Below, one piece after another: positions 18,062-32,120 of a stretch of DNA of 64,000 bases. Position 1 is the first letter of the stretch; each line of letters opens with the position of its first letter. The position numbers and the translations under genes were made by a program. Location of the stretch: the NCBI GenBank assembly GCA_963663275.1, contig OY760183.1, positions 2,112,001-2,176,000 of the forward strand, given 5' to 3'. The DNA comes from Chloroflexota bacterium. Its GTDB lineage: Bacteria; Chloroflexota; UBA11872; VXOZ01. The notes beneath the pieces were generated by a model. That model did no database searches. It saw only the letters and a program-made list of their open reading frames with translations, and had not been told where the DNA came from.

Positions 18062-19063
18062 CTAAGGAAACTGAATGGGCTTGCCGCTGGCGGCTGAACG
18101 CTGGGCCGCATCTACCACGCGCATCGCTTCATGGGCGTGCCTTACTTTGACAGCCGGCTCCGCGCCGGTGCGCACGCAGTCCACGAAGTGCTTGACCTCG
18201 TGGAAGATAGCGCCGACGTAGTCCTCTCCCAGCGTCGGGCCGTACCACGTATCGTGGGTTTCGACCTCCTGCTGAGAAATGGTCATGCTCGTAGCGGGCG
18301 CGCAATCGATGCGGATCATCCCTTTCGTGCCGACGGCGTCGAGGCGCGCGTCCAGCGCCCGGTAGTTCTGGGCGGGCAGGGTCCAGGCGTGCTCGAAACT
18401 GGCAACCGCGCCGGAGGCGAATTTCACCAGCGTGAATACTGCGTCATCGATGCCGAGATCCGTCGCCAGCGCCTGGTGGGACTCCGCCGTTACGCGCACC
18501 ACCGGCTCATCGACCATTGAGAGCACATACTCGATGTCGTGAATGCCGAGGAATTGCAACACCGTCGTGTTGCCTTCGAACTTCTCAGCACTATCGATGG
18601 GATTGTTGCGGCGGGCGTAGACGTGAATCACGTCGCCGATTGCGCCGCGCCGGTAGTCCTCCAAGGGCATGGCGTAGCGGGGGTCGAAGTGAAGGGTGTG
18701 CCCCACCAAGAGCGTAATTCCGGCGCGCTCCACGGCGGCGACCATGTCAGCGGCGTCGGCGACCTTGATGGCCAACGGCTTCTCAAGCAAGATGTGCTTG
18801 CCGGCCTCCGCCGCGGCGATCACCGCGTCGCGGTGCAGCCAGTCCGGCAAACAGATGCTTACCGCCTGAACGTCGTCACGGGCAAGAAGGTCCCGCCAAT
18901 CAGCGTACACCGCCGCGCCGGCCGGGTCGGCGGCGGCGTGGGCGGCGTGGGTATTGAGGTCGGCTACCGCTCGCAGTTGCACCTCAGGAAGCTGCCGGTA
19001 GACGTTCGCGTGCCGTTGTCCCATCTGTCCGGCGGCGATAACGCCGATGCCGATTTGGTTCAT
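18062..19063 (-). CDS. Gfo/Idh/MocA oxidoreductase
   Basis: AGQMG, HILLEKP, LGIHDI. Confidence 0.9.
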   Translation of the reverse strand: MNQIGIGVIAAGQMGQRHANVYRQLPEVQLRAVADLNTHAAHAAADPAGAAVYADWRDLLARDDVQAVSICLPDWLHRDAVIAAAEAGKHILLEKPLAIKVADAADMVAAVERAGITLLVGHTLHFDPRYAMPLEDYRRGAIGDVIHVYARRNNPIDSAEKFEGNTTVLQFLGIHDIEYVLSMVDEPVVRVTAESHQALATDLGIDDAVFTLVKFASGAVASFEHAWTLPAQNYRALDARLDAVGTKGMIRIDCAPATSMTISQQEVETHDTWYGPTLGEDYVGAIFHEVKHFVDCVRTGAEPAVKVRHAHEAMRVVDAAQRSAASGKPIQFP

Positions 19064-19204
19064 TTACCCGTTCCTCCATTAGATGAAGAGAGGGCGCAAT
19101 CACGCCCCCGTAGTGTCACTCTATGGTTTTTTGGGGCTACGCCGTGCTCTATGCCTTTGGCGTTGGCCGAGCAAGTAAGCGATTCTTACAGCTCCACGCC
19201 GGGA

Positions 19205-20242
19205 CTACGCCTGCATGTGTTCAGCGATAAGACGCGCCGGTTCGACCGGCAGACCGGTCTCGATGGAGCGTTCGGCGGCTTCGATCATGGCAACCACCGC
19301 CAAGCCGTCGCGGGCCGGTATCGCCGGCTCGCCGCCGTCCAGCACGCAGTCCACCATGTTCCGCATGGAGTTGCCCCAGGAGTGATCAGTCTTGAAATAC
19401 GACCACATCTTGGGCCGGATCGTCAGTTGGCGTTCTTCCGTATCCAGCGTGAAACCGCGACTGGAACGGTCGAGCGCGACCTTGCCCTTTGTGCCGTAGA
19501 GCGAAAGGTACTGCTCGACGATCGCCGGATAGCCTTCCGGCACGATCCAAGAAGTCTCAAAGGTGATGGTGCAATTCTCGAATTCCACCATCGCCTGCAC
19601 ATAGTCATACGCATCCACGCCCTTCTGGGGCAGAAGGCGCTTCTCGCCGCGCGCGTAGACGCTGACCGCCTCCTGGCCGATGATCCAGCGCATGTAGTCC
19701 ATCGTGTGGGGAAAGAGAAACCAGTGAGGGCCGGATTGGCTGCCCCACGAGAGCATTTGGGTGGGCACCCACACCGTGTCGGAGAGGCGCGAGAAGCCAA
19801 AGACCGGCTCGCCGATTTCACCGCTTTGCACGCAGTCGCGCAGTTCCTGGATGTCGCTGACCCAACGGTTGCCGAGGCTCACGCTGAACAGGCGGTCGTT
19901 GCGCTCCGCCGCCTGCACCATGGCTACCGCGTCGGCAACGCTGGTGGCCAGAGGTTTCTCGACCAGCACGTGCTTACCGGCCTCGAGCATAGTAACGACT
20001 GCGTCGCGGTGGGCAAAGTCGGGCGTGGCCACGCTCACGAGCGCCACGTCGGACGCGGTGATTGTCTCAAGACTGGGCGCGGCTACGCTGCCCAGGCGCT
20101 CCGCCACCGCCTGCGCGCGGTCGGGATTGGCATCGTAGACAAACGCAAGGTGGGCGCGGTCATAGGCCGCATACACGTCGGCGTGCTGTTCGCCAATCAA
20201 GCCCACGCCGACAACGGCGGCGCTCAGGCGGTCGCCAGCCAT
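19205..20242 (-). CDS. Gfo/Idh/MocA oxidoreductase
   Basis: GVGLIG, ATPDFAH, HVLVEKP. Confidence 0.9.
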   Translation of the reverse strand: MAGDRLSAAVVGVGLIGEQHADVYAAYDRAHLAFVYDANPDRAQAVAERLGSVAAPSLETITASDVALVSVATPDFAHRDAVVTMLEAGKHVLVEKPLATSVADAVAMVQAAERNDRLFSVSLGNRWVSDIQELRDCVQSGEIGEPVFGFSRLSDTVWVPTQMLSWGSQSGPHWFLFPHTMDYMRWIIGQEAVSVYARGEKRLLPQKGVDAYDYVQAMVEFENCTITFETSWIVPEGYPAIVEQYLSLYGTKGKVALDRSSRGFTLDTEERQLTIRPKMWSYFKTDHSWGNSMRNMVDCVLDGGEPAIPARDGLAVVAMIEAAERSIETGLPVEPARLIAEHMQA

Positions 20243-20263
20243 GGCGGTCTCCCCGGTGCGCGG

Positions 20264-20644
20264 CTACCTGATTTCGAACTCTTCAGACCAGGAAATCTGG
20301 CCTTCCTCGGCCACGGCCGTAACTTCGATAATGTACTTGCCCGGTTCCAGGCTTTCGGGCACGGTCCAGGTCCAGCGCACGAAGCCGTCCTCTCCCGCCA
20401 ACTGGGCCGTAAACTCCTCGATGGCGATCGTCTCCTCGCCGCGCATGAGCACGGGGGTGACTTCTGCGCCTTGCTTGGACGCCGCATGAAGAATCGCGGT
20501 TTTCCCACGGTGGACGACTTCCGAATACGTGAGAATGCGCAATGGTATGAACTGCGCTTCTTCCGGCGGCGCGTCTCCCACGCCGAGTTGACACGCGCTG
20601 AGCATGGCGCCGCCTGCCACTACCAAGAAAACTCGTCTTCGCAT
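20264..20644 (-). CDS. Small lipoprotein with an Ig-like domain, function unknown
   Basis: MRRRVFLV..MLSAC signal; WTWTVP..PGKY.IEV; GGAGG RBS. Confidence 0.65.
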   Translation of the reverse strand: MRRRVFLVVAGGAMLSACQLGVGDAPPEEAQFIPLRILTYSEVVHRGKTAILHAASKQGAEVTPVLMRGEETIAIEEFTAQLAGEDGFVRWTWTVPESLEPGKYIIEVTAVAEEGQISWSEEFEIR

Positions 20645-20734
20645 TAGGTTCCTCCACTTACCGGAGCGTTATACACGGGCTCTCCACCACAAGGACTGTT
20701 GCTCCCGACCGTCGCGCAGTAGACCGCACCGGCG

Positions 20735-21760
20735 CTAGCCGATGCGAACCGGTCGTCCTTCCTCGATGGACTGATAGGCGGCCAAGATGGCTTCCACCCC
20801 GGCGCGGCCGTCTTCCCCTGTGACCAACGGAGAGCGTCCCGCGATTATGGCCTCGCAAAAATCCTTAAGCAAATAGTAATTCATTGACTCTGATGTATCA
20901 ATCGACGAGATGGCGCCGCTCCGCGTTTCGGTACGCACAACGGCTTGTCCCGTGATTTCGATCTCGATCATGCCGCGCGTGCCGAGCAGGCGCAGGTAGA
21001 CGTTTCCCCACTTCGACCAGTTTTCCGGGCGGTTCCAGGAAGGGTCGGTGGAAGCCAGTATGCCGCCTTCGAACGTCTCGACGAGAATCGCCACGTCGTC
21101 CACGGCGATGTGCGGCCGCTTGAGGGTGTCGCCTTCCGCGTACACTTCCACGATCTCCTTGCCCGTGAACCAGCGCATCAGGTCGGTGACGTGGACGATG
21201 TGGTCGCGAATCGTGCCGCCGCCGGAACGCTGCGGATCGATGAACCAGCCTTCCGTAAACGGCCGGAGATGATTGGTGCCGTGCATAGCCAGGATGTCGC
21301 CAATCTCGCCGGCGTCCACGCGCTGCTTGGCCTGCCAGGCGACGGGGGCAAAGCGGCAGGGATACGCCGTGCCCAGGTAGACGCCGGCATCGCGGCAGGC
21401 GGCGATCATGGCGTCGGCCTCTTCCAGGGTGATTGAGAGCGGCTTCTCGCAGAGTACGTGCTTGCCGGCCCGGGCCGCGTCGATGGTCATCTGCGCGTGA
21501 TCGGCGTTGGCGGAACAGATGGAAACGGCCTCCACCTCCTCAAGCTCCAGGAGTTCGTGGTAATCGGAAAAAACCTTGACCACCGGGGCATCGGGACGCG
21601 CGGCGAGCATGGCATTCATGCGGTCGAGTTGCTCAGGGATGGAATCCGCGGCGGCGACAAGCTGGCCGGTCGGCAGATCGAGCAGCGCCGCGACGTAGCC
21701 GTTCTGGTGGCCGTGATCGAATGAAATCACGCCGATGTTCAAGGCGCGGGTTGCGCTCAT
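20735..21760 (-). CDS. Gfo/Idh/MocA oxidoreductase
   Basis: HVLCEKP, SGGG..DHIVH..DL. Confidence 0.9.
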   Translation of the reverse strand: MSATRALNIGVISFDHGHQNGYVAALLDLPTGQLVAAADSIPEQLDRMNAMLAARPDAPVVKVFSDYHELLELEEVEAVSICSANADHAQMTIDAARAGKHVLCEKPLSITLEEADAMIAACRDAGVYLGTAYPCRFAPVAWQAKQRVDAGEIGDILAMHGTNHLRPFTEGWFIDPQRSGGGTIRDHIVHVTDLMRWFTGKEIVEVYAEGDTLKRPHIAVDDVAILVETFEGGILASTDPSWNRPENWSKWGNVYLRLLGTRGMIEIEITGQAVVRTETRSGAISSIDTSESMNYYLLKDFCEAIIAGRSPLVTGEDGRAGVEAILAAYQSIEEGRPVRIG

Positions 21761-22653
21761 ACTGCCACCGCCTCGTTGCGCTCGATGCTCTCTACGGCCG
21801 CCCAGTAGGCGCGGATGACGGGCATGGGGCTGGGGAGATCCGCGTGAGATTCAGGTTCCGCAGCCAAAGACCCCGTGTAGGCGGCAACCATCTTTTCATA
21901 GGGCGTGCGGTGGTACGCCTCGGTCTGCGTTACGCCGCCCTCCGAGGCCAGCCACATACTGCGAGCATTGGAATCGTACTCCACCATGCCGTCGCGCCCG
22001 GTGACTTCGATGACTTCCTTGCTGTAGCTGGCGGGATAGGCGGCGCTCACTTCACCGTAGAAAATGGCGCGGTTGGCGTAGCGGCCATTGCAGAACACGG
22101 TGTCGGTATCGGGTGACGTCAGGGCCGCGGCCCTGACGTAGACCCGCCGCAAGGGTCCGCCCAGCAGCACGAGTGCCTCCATGAGTTGGAAGAGGCTCTG
22201 TCGCCACGCCTGGGCCGGTGGAAAGACGCGAATGGCGCGCACGGTGATGATGTCGCCAATGCCGGAGCGCGCGGACTGGGCGGCGGTTTCGTACTTATGG
22301 GTGTAATGGATCGGCAAGGCCACGCGCACGGCGCCGCCGGCCGCGGCCAGAATGGCCTCCGCGTTGGCGCGTGAATCGCCAAAAGGCGGGTGGATGATCG
22401 CCTTCATGCCGCTCTCCACGGCCCGGCGCGCGGCAACCGCTCGCGCGTTGACCTCACCGGCGATGTCCGCAACTCCGCCGTCCTGGCGCGGCCACTCGTG
22501 CGCCACCGGCACGCCGAGAAACGTGTTGCGTCCCTCGCTGGCGCTGTCGGGCCGCAGGATGGCAATGTCTTCCGGCGGGTAGAGGCGCTTGTACGCTTCC
22601 ACGCGCTCGGCGAGATTGTCCGCGCCGATGAGGAGAACAGACTGGTTGGCCAT
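21757..22653 (-). CDS. Divergent Gfo/Idh/MocA-like protein
   Basis: C-terminal half typical (IGDI, IEVTGRDGMVEYDS, AAVESIE); EKP replaced by HPP; ATGA overlap with the next gene. Confidence 0.55.
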   Translation of the reverse strand: MANQSVLLIGADNLAERVEAYKRLYPPEDIAILRPDSASEGRNTFLGVPVAHEWPRQDGGVADIAGEVNARAVAARRAVESGMKAIIHPPFGDSRANAEAILAAAGGAVRVALPIHYTHKYETAAQSARSGIGDIITVRAIRVFPPAQAWRQSLFQLMEALVLLGGPLRRVYVRAAALTSPDTDTVFCNGRYANRAIFYGEVSAAYPASYSKEVIEVTGRDGMVEYDSNARSMWLASEGGVTQTEAYHRTPYEKMVAAYTGSLAAEPESHADLPSPMPVIRAYWAAVESIERNEAVAV

Positions 22654-22717
22654 TACTTGCTTCTTCTTGCAATGGATTCCGGCTTGCGCCGGAGTGGCGT
22701 CGTTGTGCCGGGCGGTG

Positions 22718-23293
22718 TCAGGTTGGCAGCCAGCCGCGTTGGGCGGCAAGGAGCACGCTTACCGTCAACGCCGCCTCGGGCCGCCGGCCGTCGAGCACCT
22801 GCTGCAACAGGTCTTTCACCGGCACCAGTTCAACTTGCATAATTTCGAATTCATCATGCTTGGGTGCATGATAGTGAAGTTCGGTGGCAAAGTAAAGACG
22901 CATGGTGAGCGGCAGCAAAGGCGTGCTGGGATGATAGCGGCCCAAGGGTCGGATATTCCTCGCGCGGTAGCCGGTCTCTTCCTCCAGTTCGCGCAGCGCG
23001 CCGGCGGCCGGATCTTCACCGGCTTCGAGGGCGCCGGCGGGCGCCTCCAGCGTGGCCCGGCGCAGCGGATGGCGGTATTGGCGCACGAGCACGGCCTCGG
23101 CTTTGGCCGTGAGCGCGAGCACCGCCACCGCGTCGCGGCGGATGTCCAAGTAGGTGTAGAGCATCCGCCGGCCGTCTGCTTCCGCCTCCAGCAGGTCTTC
23201 GCGCACGGGAAAGCGCCCGCGGTAGGCGACTTTGGATTCGACTACTCGCCATCCCAGCGGCGGCTGGGAGTCTTTTTGGGTATCCTTGCTCAC
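22718..23293 (-). CDS. NUDIX hydrolase (ADP-ribose pyrophosphatase-like)
   Basis: LVRQYRHP, GALEAGEDPAAGALRELEEETGY Nudix box. Confidence 0.9.
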   Translation of the reverse strand: MSKDTQKDSQPPLGWRVVESKVAYRGRFPVREDLLEAEADGRRMLYTYLDIRRDAVAVLALTAKAEAVLVRQYRHPLRRATLEAPAGALEAGEDPAAGALRELEEETGYRARNIRPLGRYHPSTPLLPLTMRLYFATELHYHAPKHDEFEIMQVELVPVKDLLQQVLDGRRPEAALTVSVLLAAQRGWLPT

Positions 23294-23333
23294 GAGCTTT
23301 CCTCAATCCGGGAGTGCGCCGGGCTTCACGAGG

Positions 23334-25559
<2,226 letters not shown>

Positions 25560-25574
25560 TGCGCCGCCTCTACT

Positions 25575-26315
25575 CTAGCTTTCTGGCATGGACGCGGCGC
25601 GGGCGCCCCGCAGGAGTTCATGGCCGTGCAGGTCGCGCAACGTCCGGACGAACGGAACGCCGGCCGGGGCCGGCGCGGTGTCCCGCCTGATGAGCAGCGC
25701 GCTCATGCCGGCGGCGTGGGCCGGCTCCACGTCGAACTGGGGACTATCGCCGACGTAGAGTACCTGGCCGGGCTCCAGTTTCGCCTCCGCCAAAGCCATT
25801 GTGAAGATCGCGGTATCCGGTTTTTCCACGCCCACGCAGCCGGAGATGACCTGCGTGGGAAAGTAGCGGTCCAGGCCCAGGTGGGTCACCAGTTGCGCGC
25901 CCCAGGCTTCCCAGTTGGAGATGAGGCCGAGTATGAACCCCTCATCCGCCAGCCGCTCCAGGGTAGGCAAAACGTCGTCGAAGAGCGCGTAGCCTGCCGG
26001 TTGGCTCAGTTGCCCGTAGACGCGCCGGGCAAGCGCCTGTCGCTGTGAGCCGGGAATGCCGAGTTCTGCCAGGATCGACTCGTAGAGTGACGTCCAGAAG
26101 GCGTACGACCGTTCGTGAGAGAGCGTCCAACCCCACCGGCTTTCGTCCGCAAAGACGCTGCCGCGCTCGTCCACGGCTCTGGCGGCGGCTTGGCGGGACA
26201 CGGTATAGCCGGCCGCGGACAAAATGCGGGCAATGCGCTCGCTGAGCGGCGGGCGCGGCTCGACCAGCGTGCCGCCAAGATCGAAGAAGATTGCTTTGGG
26301 AGCGTCCGGCGTCAT
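25575..26315 (-). CDS. HAD-family hydrolase
   Basis: FFDLGGTL, ISNW, EKPD, YVGDS..D. Confidence 0.88.
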   Translation of the reverse strand: MTPDAPKAIFFDLGGTLVEPRPPLSERIARILSAAGYTVSRQAAARAVDERGSVFADESRWGWTLSHERSYAFWTSLYESILAELGIPGSQRQALARRVYGQLSQPAGYALFDDVLPTLERLADEGFILGLISNWEAWGAQLVTHLGLDRYFPTQVISGCVGVEKPDTAIFTMALAEAKLEPGQVLYVGDSPQFDVEPAHAAGMSALLIRRDTAPAPAGVPFVRTLRDLHGHELLRGARAASMPES

Positions 26316-26324
26316 GGGTTGGGG

Positions 26325-27104
26325 CTACGTCTCAAGCTGCGGCGGGGGGAGGAGTTGATTTACGTGGGCCATGGCGACGTCCACGTGGCGCTTGCCGTCG
26401 CGCAGGCTGAAACTCACGTGGCCGGGGAAGAATTGCGTAAACTCAAGCTTCGCGAAGCGCCGCACCGTGGCAATGGATTCCTCCAGCGAGCAGTCCCAGA
26501 TGTTCTGCAGCAAGATGCGGCCGCCGAAGAAGAGCGCGTCGCCGCTGAAGAGCGCGCGGCGCGCGCCGTCTGTCCGGTTCGAGTCGTCCGGCTCTTCAGC
26601 CAAGCCGTCAACCAGAAACGCCAGGTGGCCGCGGCTATGGCCGTCTGCTTTCACCACGGTCACCGTGAGCGCGCCCACGTCGACGACGTCGCCATTGGCA
26701 GCGGCAGTCGCGAAATCGACCGGCCGCAGCCGGTTCTCTACCGGATACATGCCGGTCCGCCGCGCGGCGACCAGGCTGGCAGCCTCTTCGTCGCCGCTCT
26801 CCAGCCAGCCGGCTACGTCTTGCGAAGCGATGATCTCCGCGCCGCAAACCTGCTGCAATTCCGCCGCGCCGCCGGCGTGATCAAGGTGCAGGTGGGTGAT
26901 GAAGATTGTGCCGACGTCCTCGGGAGCGAAACCGGCCGCCCTGATCTCCGCCAGAATCGCCGGCACGTCCCGGCCCACGCCGGTGTCGATGAGGGCCAGT
27001 TCCGCGCCGCCGTCCAGCAGGTAGACGTGGCAATCCAGCGGATGCGTGAGGCTAAAGCCGTTCTGCCCGCTGCCGACGAGGTGGACGTGCTCCGTGAGTT
27101 GCAT
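26325..27104 (-). CDS. Metallo-beta-lactamase-fold hydrolase
   Basis: LIDTG, THLHLDHAGG, GHSRGH, SGDALF, PGH; start at ATG 27104. Confidence 0.88.
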   Translation of the reverse strand: MQLTEHVHLVGSGQNGFSLTHPLDCHVYLLDGGAELALIDTGVGRDVPAILAEIRAAGFAPEDVGTIFITHLHLDHAGGAAELQQVCGAEIIASQDVAGWLESGDEEAASLVAARRTGMYPVENRLRPVDFATAAANGDVVDVGALTVTVVKADGHSRGHLAFLVDGLAEEPDDSNRTDGARRALFSGDALFFGGRILLQNIWDCSLEESIATVRRFAKLEFTQFFPGHVSFSLRDGKRHVDVAMAHVNQLLPPPQLET

Positions 27105-27121
27105 GAAGTCATTCCTCGCGG

Positions 27122-27583
27122 CTAGCGGCGGATAAGCCTGAAGAGCACGTAGCAGAGGCCGATCACCAGCCCGCAGATGGCCGCGCCGCGCGTATCGAGA
27201 AGGGTATTGACGTTGCCGTTCACCCGGCCGCCCACCACCACCACGCTCGCTACTTGCTCCGCCTCGATCTGCCCGCCGACGATCCACTGGGATACGGAGT
27301 AATTGGTATCCACGCTGCCGCCGAGCACCAGCCAGGTGGCCCCCTCGGTCACGCTGACTTCATGGCCGGCGGCGATACCGGTCAGCCCTTGCTGCAATGA
27401 AGCGGCTTCCGCCTGCACCACTCCCGTGCCCGTGTTCTGCATGTCGATGTCGTCCGCCACCACGTGCCGCACGAGGCTGTTGGTAATCTGAAAGCGCTCG
27501 TCGGCGTCTACCGCATCGCGCGCAACGCCATCGTCGACCGCCGTTTGCTCCGCCTGTGCCTCGGAAGTTTCCATCATCGACAC
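27122..27583 (-). CDS. Hypothetical protein with beta-helix-like repeats and a C-terminal membrane anchor
   Basis: Repeating V/G-rich short strands; GAAICGLVIGLCYVLFRLIRR tail. Confidence 0.55.
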   Translation of the reverse strand: MSMMETSEAQAEQTAVDDGVARDAVDADERFQITNSLVRHVVADDIDMQNTGTGVVQAEAASLQQGLTGIAAGHEVSVTEGATWLVLGGSVDTNYSVSQWIVGGQIEAEQVASVVVVGGRVNGNVNTLLDTRGAAICGLVIGLCYVLFRLIRR

Positions 27584-27686
27584 CTCTTGTTCTCCGCTGC
27601 TGTTCTTGCCGCCGCACTCCGCTGCGCGCCGCGTTCGCGCTCACATCCCTATGATAGCAGCCCGCGCGGGACGGGGGATATTGGCG

Positions 27687-28868
27687 CTAATCGGCGGCGC
27701 GGACGTAGTCCATGACCTCTTTTACGGGCACGTCCGCCGCTTGCGCCACCCGCAGACAGTCCTCGTACTCCGGGCCGCGGTTTACCACGTTACCGCGCCA
27801 GAGCGCCGTCTTGCGCCGCACCGCGCCCCAGGGGGTTTCGACGCGCTCCAGCCGCCGTTCCAGTTTGACGCGCTCGACGCGATGCAGGCGCACGCCGATG
27901 GTGGTCGTCTCCCGAAAGATAACGTCCAGCAGCGGCGCGTGGTCGGCGCTCTCGGTCAGCACGCTGAGCACGTGTCCCGGCCTGCCTTTCTTCATCTGCA
28001 CCGGCATCAGCGTCACGTCCAGCGCGCCGGCCGCGAACAACCGCGCGGCCACGTGACCGTACAACTGCGGGTTCATGTCGTCGATGGTGGTCTCGATCAC
28101 CGTTGCCGCGCCGTTGATCTCGCCGGCGGCTTCCTCTGCCGCGCCGGAGTCCTCGCCAATGATGAGGCGCAGCACGTTGGGAATGGCGGTGTCGCGCATT
28201 CCGGCGCCGTAGCCGATGCGTGATACGCGCATGGGCGGGATGGGGCCGAACGCCGCCGCCAGTTCGCTGAGCAGGAGCGCGCCGGTGGGGGTGAGGGTTT
28301 CGCCCATGTCCGCCGCGGCGTAGACCGGCTTATCCCGCATCAGATCCAGCGTGGCTGGCCCCGGAATCGGCCACCAGCCGTGGCGCGTCTGGATAGGCGC
28401 GCTGCCGCCAACGTTTACGGGCGAGCAGACGACTCGCTCGATGCCGAGCGCCTTCAGCCCCGCGACCGCGCCGACCACGTCGAGAATGGAATCGACCGCG
28501 CCGACTTCATGGAAGTGCACCGCTTCCGGCGCGACGCCGTGCATACGGCCCTCCACTTCCGCCAGCCGCGTGAAGAGCCGCGCGCTCGCGGCCGCCACGT
28601 CTTCGTCGAGGGTACTCGCCTCCAACAGGCGCAGAATGTCGTGAAGATTGCGCTCGACGGTGTGTTCGCGGGCGTCGATTTCGACGTGAATCTGACGGGC
28701 GCGCAGCAATCCCTTGCGCACCTCTTCCTGCCGCACGGCATAGCCGCCGAGCGGAATCGTGGCGAAGGTTGCCTCCAGGTCGGCCAACGCCCAGCCGCTA
28801 TCCACCAAAGCGCCCAAGATCATGTCGCCCGATGCGCCGGCAAAGCAGTCGAAGTAGGCGATTCTCAT
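27687..28868 (-). CDS. larC: Nickel pincer cofactor Ni-insertase LarC
   Basis: YFDCFAGASGDM, VHFHEVGAVDS, TPTGA, IDDM.PQ, MKKGRPG, ETTTIGVR, PEYEDC. Confidence 0.93.
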   Translation of the reverse strand: MRIAYFDCFAGASGDMILGALVDSGWALADLEATFATIPLGGYAVRQEEVRKGLLRARQIHVEIDAREHTVERNLHDILRLLEASTLDEDVAAASARLFTRLAEVEGRMHGVAPEAVHFHEVGAVDSILDVVGAVAGLKALGIERVVCSPVNVGGSAPIQTRHGWWPIPGPATLDLMRDKPVYAAADMGETLTPTGALLLSELAAAFGPIPPMRVSRIGYGAGMRDTAIPNVLRLIIGEDSGAAEEAAGEINGAATVIETTIDDMNPQLYGHVAARLFAAGALDVTLMPVQMKKGRPGHVLSVLTESADHAPLLDVIFRETTTIGVRLHRVERVKLERRLERVETPWGAVRRKTALWRGNVVNRGPEYEDCLRVAQAADVPVKEVMDYVRAAD

Positions 28869-28876
28869 TGGCGACC

Positions 28877-29659
28877 TTACTCACCGCCGTTTGCGGCAAG
28901 GCGGCAGATCAATCCGGCCATGTAGCCTGCGCCAAAGCCGTTATCGATGTTGACCACGGCCAGGCCGGGCGCGCAGCTATTGAGCATGGTGAGGAGCGGC
29001 GCCACGCCGCCGAACGATGCGCCGTAGCCCACACTGGTGGGCACGGCAATGATTGGGCACTCGACCAGTCCCGCCAGCACGCTGGGCAGCGCGCCTTCCA
29101 TGCCGGCCACGGCAACCACGGCGCGCGCCTGTTCCACGGTCTCGAGATTGAGCAGCAGCCGGTGCAGGCCCGCCACGCCCACGTCCGTGAGACGGTCCAC
29201 GCGGCAGCCCATCAGTTCCGCCGTGAGGGCGGCTTCGGCGGCTACCGGCAGGTCGGCGGTGCCCGCCGCGACGACGGCAACCCGATGCTGGGCGGGCGAT
29301 TGCGCATCCGGGCGCTCTTCCGCTTCGACGCGGACGACGATGGCGCGGGCGTCTTCGTGGTACTCGGCGGCAGGCAGCCTTGCCCGCACCGCCGCGTAGA
29401 GTTCCGGCGCGGCGCGGGTGGCCAGGACGGTCTGCTCGTGCGCCAGCAACTCCTCGGCAATGCGGATCACGTGCGCCGGGGTCTTGCCGGGACAGAAGAT
29501 GACCTCCGGAAAACCGACCCGCAATTGGCGCTGCGCGTCGATCTTGGCGAAGTCCACGTCCTCGTAGGGCGCTAAACGGATGCGGCGGACAACCTGCTCC
29601 ACGTCTATGGCGCCGCGTTGCAGGTCCGTCAGCAGGGCGCGCAGTGTGTTCGCGTCCAT
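28877..29659 (-). CDS. larB: Nickel pincer cofactor biosynthesis carboxylase/hydrolase LarB
   Basis: GFPEVIFCPGKT, AGTADLPVA, DVGVAGLHRL, AGMEGALPS, VPTSVGYG, NIDNGFGA. Confidence 0.93.
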   Translation of the reverse strand: MDANTLRALLTDLQRGAIDVEQVVRRIRLAPYEDVDFAKIDAQRQLRVGFPEVIFCPGKTPAHVIRIAEELLAHEQTVLATRAAPELYAAVRARLPAAEYHEDARAIVVRVEAEERPDAQSPAQHRVAVVAAGTADLPVAAEAALTAELMGCRVDRLTDVGVAGLHRLLLNLETVEQARAVVAVAGMEGALPSVLAGLVECPIIAVPTSVGYGASFGGVAPLLTMLNSCAPGLAVVNIDNGFGAGYMAGLICRLAANGGE

Positions 29660-29747
29660 TGGCGAAGGCCTATGCTCCCATAGCGGCAGAACTCTATTTC
29701 ACGATTGCAGGTGGCCCGGCGGCGCGCGCAACCCTCCCGCGCAAGCC

Positions 29748-31938
<2,191 letters not shown>

Positions 31939-32051
31939 GCCGATCTATTCTCTTTCGTGCGTTGCGTGCTCACGTTTGCCGACGGCGGCGTGTGTTCGGC
32001 GCAATGACGGCCGGTCGAGCTTAATCCGTTGGCCGGCGCTGCGGTGAGCCC

Positions 32052-32120
32052 GCGCAGGGTACAAACCTACGCTACCGGATGCTGGCCGACGAGTCTGCGC
32101 AGGTTACAAACCTGCGCTAC
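32052..32120. repeat. Two tandem GTAG-type REP hairpins; the second supplies the fchA stop
   Basis: GCGCAGG(G/T)TACAAACCT(A/G)CGCTAC at 32052-32075 and 32097-32120. Confidence 0.7.
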
